Origin: Schleiferiaceae bacterium
Lineage (GTDB): Bacteria > Bacteroidota > Bacteroidia > Flavobacteriales > Schleiferiaceae
DNA: 64,000 nt
Direction: 5' to 3'
NCBI GenBank assembly: GCA_049611965.1
Contig: JBMZBC010000002.1
Coordinates: 28,473-92,472 of the forward strand
The notes under the pieces: model-generated
What the model saw: the letters and a program-made list of their open reading frames with translations, nothing else
What the model was told of the DNA's origin: nothing
The model's database searches: none
Shown here: piece by piece, positions 38,252 through 48,458 of the stretch
How the letters are laid out: each line of letters opens with the position of its first letter
How positions within the stretch are numbered: position 1 is the stretch's first letter
Position numbers and translations under genes: made by a program

Positions 38252-40432
38252 ATGCGTAAGGCCTACTTTTTCATATTCTTTTTCGCCCTACTCCTACCCT
38301 CCAAAGCAGCGCATTTGGTAGGTGGAGAAATCTCGTACCGCTGTGTAGGGTCGAATACTAACGGGAATGTATACCAAATCACGCTTACCATTTACCGCGA
38401 CTGTAACTCCTCGGGAGCACCGTTTGATCAAAGTGCACCCATTACCATATATGGCGGTGCTTCGCAAAATGTGGCAGTCCAGACCTTGAATGTTGCTCGG
38501 GGACAGATTGTAGGTATTCCAGCAGTAGTTGCCAATCCTTGTTTACAAACTCCACCGAATGTCTGTACAGAGAAAGCAACATATAGAGCAACCGTCACGC
38601 TTCAACCAAGTACGCACGGCTATACCATCGTATACCAACGTTGTTGTAGAAACAATACCATTACCAATGTGGGTAATTCAGGAGCTTGGGGCTCTACCTA
38701 CCACATTACTATTCCACCTCAAGACAGCGTATGTAACGGTTCTGCACGCTTCCAATCGGACCCTCCTATTGTGATGTGTAAAGACGATAGTTTGAACATA
38801 GACTTCTCTGTTTTGGAGGACAATGGCGACTCCATCTACTACTCCTTGTGTCAACCGCTGACCGGTGGTAGCCAAAATAATCCCGCGCCAAACCCGCCGG
38901 GACCGCCCCCATATACTTCTGTTCCCTTCTTGTTCCCGTATTCTTCAAGCTACCCGATGCCGTCGAACCCCCAGATTTCGCTAGATCCTAACACAGGTAT
39001 ATTGACGGGAACACCAACAGGTACCGGACAATACGTCTTTGCCGTCTGTGCCTCTGAATACGACTCAAGCGGAGTATTGTTATCCACACTAAGAAGGGAT
39101 TACCAGTTCAATGTAACCACCTGTCAAAGCAACGTACTAAGCGACCCAACACCTCAAATTTACCAGCCAAATACCTTGTGTAACGGTACGACCATTACCA
39201 TGACTGATAGCTCAAGGAATGCCTCTGATTACCTGTGGATCTGGAACGACCCAAACAATCCAGGCGCTACATCTACCGGTCAGAATCCTACCTATACCTA
39301 TGGTGATACCGGAACATATACTATCCAACTCGTGATTAATGTGGGATGGCCTTGTACAGATACCGCAGAGGTTATCTACGATTTGTACAACCCTATCAAT
39401 GCAGGATACACCTTCAATGGACCGGTATGTTTTGATGAAAACCTAATCACCTTCCAAAATCAAAGCTCCAACGGGGGCATGGCGGAGGCAACTTGGGATT
39501 TCGGACCTAACGGCTCAATCACATCTTTCAACGGTTGGAACCCGCCGCCTATCAACTTCTCTACTTGGGGCGACCAAATCGTTTCGCTTACTGTCACTGA
39601 ACAAGGCTGTGAAGAAACCTACGTTGATACCGTGAGGATCTATCGTCGTCCAGAAACCGATGTAAGTGTCCAAAATCAAATTGGGTGTGCACCATTCACC
39701 GTAGAATTCTGGGACAGCACCATTACCGATGGTCAACTCATTTATAATTGGGACTTCGGAGACGGTGTATTGAGCAACGATAGTGCTCCAGTATATACCT
39801 ACACCAATCCAGGTACCTATGATTTAACACTCACGGTATATTTTATAGAAGGCTGTGTGGATACCATTACAGTGTACTACGACGACTTTATTACCGTATA
39901 CCCATCACCTACGTCTTCTTTCATTGCAGATCCAACATCCGCAACGATATACACGAGTAACATTGAGATTACAGATATCGCCGCCGACCCCTCTGACGAT
40001 ATCATCACCTCCATGGGCGACGGTAGTCTTTACTACAACCTACGATCCTTTAATCATGCCTACAGTGACACAGGCTGGTTTGAAGTTGAACATGTGGTGA
40101 TCAACACCTTCGATTGTCCCGATACTTCCACCGCGATGATCAGGATTAACCCGGAGACCCTCATATTTGTACCAAATGCCTTCACACCGGACGGTGACGG
40201 CACAAACGAGATTTTCAAACCTACCGCAGTAGGTATTAAATCGTACGAACTCAGAATCTTTAACCGCTGGGGTGAGGAAATCTTCTTTACAGACGATCCA
40301 GACACAGGCTGGGACGGCACGAACCCGAACGGCTCTTTAGCGCCATTTGGCACCTATACTTGGAAGGTCTTCTCCAAAGGTCAAAACGACAAATTGATCA
40401 ATAGATCAGGTATCCTGAACCTGATACGATAG
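38252..40432 (+). CDS. T9SS type-B CTD cell-surface protein with PKD-like repeats
   Basis: Signal peptide MRKAYFFIFFFALLLPSKA, PKD-type repeats (WDFGDG...YTYTNPGTYDLTLTV), and a C-terminus FVPNAFTPDGDGTNEIFKP...FNRWGEEIF...GTYTWKV. Confidence 0.85.
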   Translation: MRKAYFFIFFFALLLPSKAAHLVGGEISYRCVGSNTNGNVYQITLTIYRDCNSSGAPFDQSAPITIYGGASQNVAVQTLNVARGQIVGIPAVVANPCLQTPPNVCTEKATYRATVTLQPSTHGYTIVYQRCCRNNTITNVGNSGAWGSTYHITIPPQDSVCNGSARFQSDPPIVMCKDDSLNIDFSVLEDNGDSIYYSLCQPLTGGSQNNPAPNPPGPPPYTSVPFLFPYSSSYPMPSNPQISLDPNTGILTGTPTGTGQYVFAVCASEYDSSGVLLSTLRRDYQFNVTTCQSNVLSDPTPQIYQPNTLCNGTTITMTDSSRNASDYLWIWNDPNNPGATSTGQNPTYTYGDTGTYTIQLVINVGWPCTDTAEVIYDLYNPINAGYTFNGPVCFDENLITFQNQSSNGGMAEATWDFGPNGSITSFNGWNPPPINFSTWGDQIVSLTVTEQGCEETYVDTVRIYRRPETDVSVQNQIGCAPFTVEFWDSTITDGQLIYNWDFGDGVLSNDSAPVYTYTNPGTYDLTLTVYFIEGCVDTITVYYDDFITVYPSPTSSFIADPTSATIYTSNIEITDIAADPSDDIITSMGDGSLYYNLRSFNHAYSDTGWFEVEHVVINTFDCPDTSTAMIRINPETLIFVPNAFTPDGDGTNEIFKPTAVGIKSYELRIFNRWGEEIFFTDDPDTGWDGTNPNGSLAPFGTYTWKVFSKGQNDKLINRSGILNLIR

Positions 40433-40433
40433 G

Positions 40434-40796
40434 TTACTTCACCAATAACCAGATCGCCGCAAAGGCAACTGCTACACTACTTAAGACGTACGCCAGGGCT
40501 TCCCACTCTCTGCCCTGCTGGATCAATCGGACCGTTTCATAACTAAAGGTGCTGAAAGTCGACCATCCACCGCATATACCCGTGGCTAAGAAGAGCTGCA
40601 ATGTACTTTTCTCAGGGGTGAGTTTGTAGACGTAGACCAAGGCAACTGAGGCCATGATATTAATAATGAACGTGGCCCAGTGTAAGCGGCTTTCCATCAT
40701 TCCTAGTGCAAGCAATCCCTTCGTACTGCCGTATCGAAATGATGCGCCAATACCGCCGCCGAGAAAAACTGCTACTAAAGCTGGGATGGAATTCAT
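40434..40796 (-). CDS. crcB: fluoride channel CrcB/FluC
   Basis: 120 aa with 4 TM segments (GGGIGASFRY ... GICGGWSTFSTF). Start re-picked to ATG 40796 (ATGA overlap with the PAP2 gene). Confidence 0.88.
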   Translation of the reverse strand: MNSIPALVAVFLGGGIGASFRYGSTKGLLALGMMESRLHWATFIINIMASVALVYVYKLTPEKSTLQLFLATGICGGWSTFSTFSYETVRLIQQGREWEALAYVLSSVAVAFAAIWLLVK

Positions 40797-41335
40797 GAGA
40801 ATTGTTGATCGATGCGCACTAAAATAGTGGAAATAAGTATTCCCCACAGGCCGCCAAAAACAAGATCCAAAGGATAATGCACGCCAAGGTGTATTCGTGA
40901 AAAGCTCTGAAGCAACGCCACTACTACTAATATGGGGAACCACGAAGGCTTGAGCCATTTACGCATCAAAAAAGCTAAACCAAAGGCATTGGCAGCATGT
41001 GCTGAGAAAAACCCATAAGGCGAACAATGAACAAGAACACGGATTCCTTCAATTTCTTCTTGGCAAGGTCTTGGTCGAGCGATCCATTCTTTGAAGAGGC
41101 CCGCCCCTTGGTCCCAAATAAGTACACCAACTATGGTTAATGCTATTCGGAAAAGCCAAGTGCTATGATTCGGCGCAGTTTTGATAAGACGTGCCAGAAT
41201 GACCACATATAATGGAATCCATGTGATGGTTTTTGTGACAGCCATCCAAAAGGTATCGCTCGAAGCAGGAAAAAATGAGTTCAGGCTAAGGAAAACCTGC
41301 TCATCTAGTTCTAATATTACCGCCAACAGGCTCAT
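40793..41335 (-). CDS. PAP2-family lipid phosphatase
   Basis: Polytopic membrane protein with acid-phosphatase motifs (KEWIARPRP, SPYGFFSAHAANAF, SRIHLGVHYPLD). Confidence 0.8.
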   Translation of the reverse strand: MSLLAVILELDEQVFLSLNSFFPASSDTFWMAVTKTITWIPLYVVILARLIKTAPNHSTWLFRIALTIVGVLIWDQGAGLFKEWIARPRPCQEEIEGIRVLVHCSPYGFFSAHAANAFGLAFLMRKWLKPSWFPILVVVALLQSFSRIHLGVHYPLDLVFGGLWGILISTILVRIDQQFS

Positions 41336-42333
41336 TAGGCGTCGGTATTAAGTGCCGCCCAGATTTGATCCTTCAGGGCCATGATATTCATGCCTGTTAC
41401 CGATGAAATAAACAAGTGCGGAATATCAGATGGAAGCTGCGCCGCAATCTCAGACTGCATTTCCTCGTCCAACATATCGGACTTCGTGATGGCTAAAATT
41501 CGATCCTTGTCGGCCAGTTCTGGATTATATGCCACCAATTCATTCAGCAAGATCTCGTATTCCTTATTGTAATCTTCTGCATCGGCAGGAACCATGAACA
41601 ACAGAAGTGCATTGCGCTCAATGTGACGCAGGAATCGGTACCCCAACCCTTTGCCTTCAGAAGCTCCCTCGATAATCCCAGGGATATCTGCCATTACAAA
41701 TGAACGGTAGTCTCTGTAGTTGACCATGCCCAAGTTTGGCACCAATGTGGTAAATGGATAATTCGCAATTTCAGGCTTTGCAGCACTGACCACACTCAGC
41801 AGTGTGCTCTTCCCTGCGTTTGGAAATCCTACGAGACCGACATCAGCCAAAACTTTAAGCTCTAGGATGAACCAACCCTCTACAGGGTCCTCGCCGGGTT
41901 GCGCAAAGCGTGGTGTTTGAAACGTGGCCGATTTAAAATGCACATTCCCAAGACCGCCTCGGCCTCCTTTTACAAGAATTTTCTCCTCGCCGTCTTCAGT
42001 AATTTCAAAGAGAACCTCACCAGTTTCCTCGTCTTTGGCCACCGTTCCTAAAGGAACATCAATGTACCGGTCTTCACCGTTAGCACCAGTCTTCTCTTGA
42101 CCTGAGCCATTTTCTCCGGAAGAAGCCTTAATGTGCTTTTGGTATTTCAAAGGCAGCAAAGTCCACATCTGCGCATTACCACGCACAATTACGTGACCTC
42201 CACGACCGCCGTCGCCGCCGTCTGGACCGCCCTTGGAGGTCATACGGTTTCTCAAGAGGTGTGTTGAACCCTTTCCACCACGACCGCTCTTGCAGTAGAT
42301 TTTTACGTAATCAATGAAGTTGCTACCTGACAT
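41335..42333 (-). CDS. obg: GTPase Obg
   Basis: Obg fold N-domain ([18 protein letters not shown]), a Gly-rich region, G1 GFPNAGKST and G4 TKSD. ATG 42333 chosen. Confidence 0.93.
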   Translation of the reverse strand: MSGSNFIDYVKIYCKSGRGGKGSTHLLRNRMTSKGGPDGGDGGRGGHVIVRGNAQMWTLLPLKYQKHIKASSGENGSGQEKTGANGEDRYIDVPLGTVAKDEETGEVLFEITEDGEEKILVKGGRGGLGNVHFKSATFQTPRFAQPGEDPVEGWFILELKVLADVGLVGFPNAGKSTLLSVVSAAKPEIANYPFTTLVPNLGMVNYRDYRSFVMADIPGIIEGASEGKGLGYRFLRHIERNALLLFMVPADAEDYNKEYEILLNELVAYNPELADKDRILAITKSDMLDEEMQSEIAAQLPSDIPHLFISSVTGMNIMALKDQIWAALNTDA

Positions 42334-42368
42334 AATAAAAGAGCAGCTTGCCACTGGGCAGCTGCTCT
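42331..42368 (-). terminator. terminator-like hairpin between adk and obg
   Basis: 9-bp stem AGAGCAGCT/AGCTGCTCT with an 11-nt loop, followed on the minus strand by TTTATT and then directly by the obg ATG. Confidence 0.4.
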
Positions 42369-42406
42369 GCAAAAGTACAATTAGTAAGTGGGTCTAGAAA
42401 AACCGA

Positions 42407-42979
42407 TTACAACGATTCAATAACCGCAACTAGACGCTCCGTAATTTGTTCGATCGAACCTACACCGTCCACACCACGGTACTTGCCCTGTCCGTCATAG
42501 AAATCCTTCACTGGGGCCGTCTCTTTGTTGTAGGTGTTGATTCTGTTTTGGATCACTGCAGGATCCGCATCGTCAGCACGACCTGAGGTCTTCCCGCGCT
42601 CGAGCAAACGCACTTTAAGCTCTTCTTCAGCAACTTCCAAAGCAATCATACTTGTGATCGAAGTTCCTTGACCTTCCAAGAAGGTATCCAGCGCTGCTGC
42701 CTGCGCATTCGTACGCGGAAAACCATCGAAAATAAAGCCCTTAGCCTCTGGATTTTTATTCACTGCATCTTCCAACATGGAAATAGTCACTGAATCTGGA
42801 ACGAGGGCACCTTTATCGATGTAAGATTTCGCCAAAAGACCCAATTCTGTTTCGTTTTTAATGTTGAAACGGAACAAATCACCCGTACTTAGATGTACTA
42901 GCGAATAGCGCTTTACTAAAAATTCACTTTGAGTTCCTTTTCCAGCTCCTGGAGGGCCGAATAACACGAGATTTAACAT
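42407..42979 (-). CDS. adk: adenylate kinase
   Basis: P-loop GPPGAGKGTQ and a short LID (no zinc knuckle). Confidence 0.95.
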   Translation of the reverse strand: MLNLVLFGPPGAGKGTQSEFLVKRYSLVHLSTGDLFRFNIKNETELGLLAKSYIDKGALVPDSVTISMLEDAVNKNPEAKGFIFDGFPRTNAQAAALDTFLEGQGTSITSMIALEVAEEELKVRLLERGKTSGRADDADPAVIQNRINTYNKETAPVKDFYDGQGKYRGVDGVGSIEQITERLVAVIESL

Positions 42980-43095
42980 TTCGATAGTTTTTAATTCCGG
43001 TTGCGAAGATACCTACCAAACTGAGAAATCCGTACTATTGTATCCGATTTGAGCAAGTTTATTGCACTAAATCGAAAGAACTAACGCACTGAAAC

Positions 43096-44178
43096 ATGAG
43101 AACTCCTTACTGTGTCATTATGGCTGGTGGAATCGGTAGTAGATTCTGGCCTATGTCGACCGAGGAAACGCCAAAGCAATTTTTGGATTTTCTAGGCACT
43201 GGAGAAAGTCTAATCCAACAGACCTACAAGCGTGTTCGTCGCATTTTCGAACCAGAAAATATTATCGTCGTCACACATGCTAACTACCGCCTTCAAACCA
43301 TCGCACATCTGCCGGAGCTTCCTGAGGACAACATACTGCTAGAACCGCTTCGTCGAAATACAGCACCTTGTATTGCTTATGCCGCGCTTAAGATTAAGAA
43401 GCGTGATCACAAAGCAAACCTTTTTATCACACCAGCCGATCACCTGATCTCTGACGAAGATGCCTTTGAAACGCAGATTCGTAAGGGCCTCGAAAAAACG
43501 AATGATTCGGACTGTTTTGTCACTATTGGCATTAAGCCTCACAAACCTGAAACAGGTTACGGCTACATCCAATACGACGAGTTGAGAAGCGAAGGCGATG
43601 TATATGCTGTTAAGGCATTTACAGAGAAGCCAGATCTAGAGCATGCCAAACTATTCATTGATAGTGGTGATTTCTTGTGGAATGCAGGAATGTTTATCTG
43701 GAACATAGAAGCGCTGAGCGGCGGTCTTGACAAGCATTTACCTGATCTAATGAGCACGCTGGGCCGTGCATGGAATGACCTAGATACCAAATACGAAGCA
43801 GATTCTGTTTCCAAAGTATATGCCGAATGTGACAACATCAGCATTGACTATGGATTGATGGAGCGTGCAGATAATGTCTGTGTAATCCCAACGGTAATGG
43901 GCTGGTCAGACTTGGGTAATTGGGGCGCTGTATATGAACTAAGTGATAAAGACGACAACGGCAATGCACTGGTCGGTGCTAATATCCTTGCACAACACTG
44001 TAAAAACTGCCTTATCGTGAATGCCTCAGAAAACAAGGCGCTGGTCGTAAGTGGGTTGGATGGAAAATTTGTCGTACAAACTGATAAAACTTCACTAACT
44101 TTTCCTCTAGGAAACGATCAAGCCATCAAACAAATCGCGAAAGCTGTTCGCGTAGAATTGGGAGAGGACTTCGTTTAG
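43096..44178 (+). CDS. mannose-1-phosphate guanylyltransferase
   Basis: Nucleotidyltransferase N-terminus (IMAGGIGSRFWPMS) and about 360 aa without a cupin isomerase domain. Confidence 0.85.
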   Translation: MRTPYCVIMAGGIGSRFWPMSTEETPKQFLDFLGTGESLIQQTYKRVRRIFEPENIIVVTHANYRLQTIAHLPELPEDNILLEPLRRNTAPCIAYAALKIKKRDHKANLFITPADHLISDEDAFETQIRKGLEKTNDSDCFVTIGIKPHKPETGYGYIQYDELRSEGDVYAVKAFTEKPDLEHAKLFIDSGDFLWNAGMFIWNIEALSGGLDKHLPDLMSTLGRAWNDLDTKYEADSVSKVYAECDNISIDYGLMERADNVCVIPTVMGWSDLGNWGAVYELSDKDDNGNALVGANILAQHCKNCLIVNASENKALVVSGLDGKFVVQTDKTSLTFPLGNDQAIKQIAKAVRVELGEDFV

Positions 44179-44196
44179 AACATTGAATGTTACTTC

Positions 44197-45591
44197 GTGG
44201 AAAACACCAACAAACCGCTAGGATTCCTGAGGGCTGCAACTAGTAAGTGGCCCATCATTGCCCCCGTTCTAAGTTTTTTGAAGGACCGATTCTCCATTAT
44301 CGATCTAGCCAATCCTGTGGCTACCATCGACGGGATTAAGAAAGACATTGAATTTCGCGGGTTCAGCCTATGGATTCTCATTTTCTCCATCTTCATCGCG
44401 TCTATTGGCTTGAACGTCGATTCCACAGCGGTTGTTATTGGAGCCATGTTGATCTCACCGCTTATGGGGCCCATCATGGGATTAGGGCTGAGTCTTGGTA
44501 TCAACGATTTCAAATTGCTTACTCGGTCCGTGAAGAACATAGGTGTGGCAGTTGGTATAGGTCTGTTTGTTTCGGCCGTGTACTTCTTGGTTTCGCCCAT
44601 TTCCGCGCCATCCAATGAGCTGTTTGCGCGCACGAATCCAACCTTATTGGATGTTCTCGTCGCATTTTTTGGTGGTCTCGCCGGAATCCTCGCAGGTTCA
44701 AGAAAGGAGAAGTCCAATGTTATTCCAGGGGTAGCCATTGCCACTGCATTGATGCCTCCCTTATGTACTGCCGGCTATGGATTAGCCCATGGAGAATGGC
44801 ACTACTTCTTCGGTGCACTCTACCTCTTTTTGATTAATACTGTACTTATAGCAACGTCAACCACATTGATCGTTCGCTATCTAAGATTCCCGTTGGTGGA
44901 GATTTTAGACCCGCTTCGCGCCAAAAAAACAAGCCGCATCTTTTCTATTGGTCTTATCGTCATCATTGTACCGTCGATTTACATCATGTACCGCACTGTT
45001 ACCGACTCTATAAACCAAGCAAAGATTGAAACCTATCTAACTGAGACGGTAGATTACCCAGGTACCGAAATCTTAAAGAAAGAAATTTCATTTAATGGAG
45101 GTACTCCCCAAGTTACTTTGGTGCTTTTCGGTGACCGTGTTCCTGGAGAATTAACTAAAGAATGGTCCGGTTCCTTCAAACAAGAATTTGAGGGTTCACT
45201 TTCCATTGTACAGGATGAAAAAGAGGCTCAGGGACTTGAAGAGATGTCTAAAATGGTGCAGCTCTATTCGGAAGGTCGCGACGAAGCACGCTCCTACCAA
45301 GAAAAAATCACCACACTTGAGGGTCAGCTAGGTCAGCTTGAAAACCAACTCATCCCTGCCAACTTAAGTGCAGAAATCCGCATCAATTATCCTGATCTTA
45401 AGAGTTTCTCTATTGGAACCATGCAGTACGGGCTAGATAGCATTTCCGATGGTGCACTTATCGCGATAGCCTTTGTAGACTGGAAACCGGAGGTAGATTC
45501 AACCCTCCTTCCACGCAGAAACAAACAGCTCGAAGATTGGCTTAAATTACGCTTAGAAAAAGACCAAGTCTTGGTGCAGCCGATGCCGTAA
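44197..45591 (+). CDS. DUF389-family membrane protein with extra C-terminal coiled-coil region
   Basis: GAMLISPLMGPI and ATALMPPL motifs fit DUF389/TIGR00341-type proteins. GTG start. Confidence 0.7.
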   Translation: MENTNKPLGFLRAATSKWPIIAPVLSFLKDRFSIIDLANPVATIDGIKKDIEFRGFSLWILIFSIFIASIGLNVDSTAVVIGAMLISPLMGPIMGLGLSLGINDFKLLTRSVKNIGVAVGIGLFVSAVYFLVSPISAPSNELFARTNPTLLDVLVAFFGGLAGILAGSRKEKSNVIPGVAIATALMPPLCTAGYGLAHGEWHYFFGALYLFLINTVLIATSTTLIVRYLRFPLVEILDPLRAKKTSRIFSIGLIVIIVPSIYIMYRTVTDSINQAKIETYLTETVDYPGTEILKKEISFNGGTPQVTLVLFGDRVPGELTKEWSGSFKQEFEGSLSIVQDEKEAQGLEEMSKMVQLYSEGRDEARSYQEKITTLEGQLGQLENQLIPANLSAEIRINYPDLKSFSIGTMQYGLDSISDGALIAIAFVDWKPEVDSTLLPRRNKQLEDWLKLRLEKDQVLVQPMP

Positions 45592-45610
45592 CACTAGAGG
45601 CTGAAAAAAA

Positions 45611-47005
45611 TTACAGCTTACCTACCATTGTTTCTGGACGCACCCACTCATCGAACTCCTCGGCAGTGAGGTAGCCTAGGTTCACCGCTTCTTGCTTAAG
45701 CGTTGTGCCGTTCTCGTGCGCTGTCTTCGCAATCTTCGCTGCCTTCTCGTAACCAATCTTAGTATTGAGTGCAGTAACGAGCATTAACGAGTTGTTCAAA
45801 TGGTTTTCGATCGCCTTGTAATTAGGCTCAATACCCACCGCACAGTTGTTGTTGAAGCTCACACACGCATCGCCAATAAGCTCCGCACTTTGCAAAACGT
45901 TGTACGCCATCACTGGCTTAAATACGTTGAGCTCGTAGTGACCCTGAGCACCTGCCACAGTAACTGTAGTGTGGTTACCCATTACCTGTGCACATACCAT
46001 GGTCATGGCCTCAGCCTGCGTTGGATTTACTTTTCCTGGCATGATTGACGATCCTGGCTCATTGGCTGGAATGATCAGCTCACCAATTCCTGAACGCGGA
46101 CCTGAAGCCAACAAACGAATATCATTTGCAATCTTGTTCAAGCTTACTGCCAATTGGTTCAATGCACCGTGTGTCTCCACCAAGGCATCATGGGCGGCAA
46201 GGGCTTCAAACTTGTTTTCAGCAGTACGGAACGGCATACCAGTAAACTCTGCGATGTATTTCGCCACCGTCTCTGAATAGCCTTCTGGAGTATTAATTCC
46301 TGTACCCACAGCAGTACCGCCTAGTGCGATCTCACTCATGTGGTCCAAGGTGTTTTTCAATGCTTTTAGTCCGTGGTTCAATTGGCTTACATAACCAGAG
46401 AACTCCTGACCTACCGTAAGTGGCGTCGCGTCCATAAGGTGCGTACGACCAATCTTTACCACCTTCCAAAACTCTTTGCTCTTTGCCTCCAACGTATCGC
46501 GGAGTAATTCCACAGACGGGATGGTGTTCTCGATCACTTTCTTGTAGATAGCAATGTGCATACCTGTTGGGAAGGTGTCGTTCGAGCTCTGGCTCTTGTT
46601 TACATCATCGTTCGGGTGAATCAATCTATCGCCTTCGCCTAGTGTATTTCCAGCTAGTACGTGGGCACGATTCGCGATCACCTCGTTCGTATTCATATTA
46701 CTCTGCGTACCTGAACCGGTTTGCCAAACCACCAATGGGAACTGGTCGTTGTGCTTGCCTTCTAGAATCTCGTCACATACAGCACCAATAAGGTCGCGCT
46801 TCTCCTCCGTCAAGACGCCTGCATCGCAATTCGCATATGCCGCAGCCTTTTTCAAATACGCAAAACCTTCAATGATTTCAAGCGGCATCGTGCCCGCCGG
46901 ACCAATCTTAAAGTTATTGCGCGAACGCTCTGTCTGTGCACCCCAGTACTTATCTGCCGGTACTTTCACTTCACCCATGGTGTCGTGCTCAATTCTGTAT
47001 TCCAT
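45611..47005 (-). CDS. fumC: class II fumarate hydratase
   Basis: [11 protein letters not shown] signature loop and the [17 protein letters not shown]-terminus. Confidence 0.96.
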   Translation of the reverse strand: MEYRIEHDTMGEVKVPADKYWGAQTERSRNNFKIGPAGTMPLEIIEGFAYLKKAAAYANCDAGVLTEEKRDLIGAVCDEILEGKHNDQFPLVVWQTGSGTQSNMNTNEVIANRAHVLAGNTLGEGDRLIHPNDDVNKSQSSNDTFPTGMHIAIYKKVIENTIPSVELLRDTLEAKSKEFWKVVKIGRTHLMDATPLTVGQEFSGYVSQLNHGLKALKNTLDHMSEIALGGTAVGTGINTPEGYSETVAKYIAEFTGMPFRTAENKFEALAAHDALVETHGALNQLAVSLNKIANDIRLLASGPRSGIGELIIPANEPGSSIMPGKVNPTQAEAMTMVCAQVMGNHTTVTVAGAQGHYELNVFKPVMAYNVLQSAELIGDACVSFNNNCAVGIEPNYKAIENHLNNSLMLVTALNTKIGYEKAAKIAKTAHENGTTLKQEAVNLGYLTAEEFDEWVRPETMVGKL

Positions 47006-47042
47006 CGTAATAATGACTAATTGATTCTCAGTTCTTGAACTA

Positions 47043-47050
47043 CAAATTTA
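47043..47050 (-). promoter_or_regulatory. candidate -7 box TAAATTTG for fumC
   Basis: Exact TAnnTTTG on the minus strand, 37 nt upstream of ATG 47005. Confidence 0.4.
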
Positions 47051-47171
47051 GGGCACAGAAATTCTGCAGCATCATCTTCGCCTGCTATCTTGGTAGCTAT
47101 CAATTTTTAGCTTAAAAGTTGAATCTAAATCAATTCCACTACTTATCTTTACCGCCACTAAACAAACACTT

Positions 47172-47345
47172 ATGAAATTTATAGGTTTCCTCGTATTCTT
47201 AGTTGTTGCCCTCATGGGATTCTCAATGCTCGCTTTCTTGGGTCTATTCGTAGGCTACTGGTTGACATTGATTGGCTTGGAATCTGTTAATCCAAAGATT
47301 GCTCACGCGATCATTGGTCACAAAGAAGAAGAATCTGCAGAGTAA
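47172..47345 (+). CDS. hypothetical 57-aa membrane protein
   Basis: Not in the ORF track (shorter than 60 aa). ATG start, two hydrophobic segments (MKFIGFLVFLVVALMGFSMLAFLGLFVGYWLTLIGL...), followed by a strong terminator. Confidence 0.4.
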   Translation: MKFIGFLVFLVVALMGFSMLAFLGLFVGYWLTLIGLESVNPKIAHAIIGHKEEESAE

Positions 47346-47365
47346 TTCTGAAGATCATTAATATT

Positions 47366-47397
47366 AAAAAAGCCCGAGCTCACGCTCGGGCTTTTTT
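47366..47397 (+). terminator. rho-independent terminator
   Basis: GCCCGAGC-tcac-GCTCGGGC stem flanked by A6 and T6. Confidence 0.75.
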
Positions 47398-47421
47398 GTA
47401 TTTTGGCCGAAACTTAACACC

Positions 47422-48109
<688 letters not shown>

Positions 48110-48113
<4 letters not shown>

Positions 48114-48457
48114 AGCACCTCCTCCGCTTTCTCTGCCGGACGGGCCACAACGGCCTTGTCGCCGTTCAGAATGATGGGACGTTCCATCAAGCGCGGGTTT
48201 TCAATCATCGCTAAGATGATCTCGTCTTCGCCGAGTTCTAGGTCACGGTATTCTTCCTTCCACAACGCCTCGTTCTTGCGTACAAGGTCGAGCGCGTCCA
48301 TATTAAGGGCATCAAGCACTTCCTCTAGCTCAGAAGCTGTCATGCTTTCCTCGTCCTTCATGTAGTGGCGCACTTCGAAAGAAACGCCTTTCTCTTCCAA
48401 ATAAGTCAGGGCTTCACGTGATTTTCTACAGCGCGGATTGTGGTATACTTTGATCAT
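48110..48457 (-). CDS. ArsC/Spx-family thioredoxin-fold protein (YffB-like)
   Basis: MIKVYHNPRCRKSREAL N-terminal motif, 115 aa. Confidence 0.85.
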
Positions 48458-48458
48458 T

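Noticed and set aside
40797-40958. Extended crcB ORF, or a fluoride riboswitch upstream of crcB
   Set aside because: This region is the 3' end of the PAP2 gene, and crcB starts with an ATGA overlap. That leaves no leader for a riboswitch.
44190-44744. 184-aa ORF antisense to the 5' part of the DUF389 gene
   Set aside because: This is a shadow ORF of a membrane-protein gene. It has no independent start context or family resemblance.
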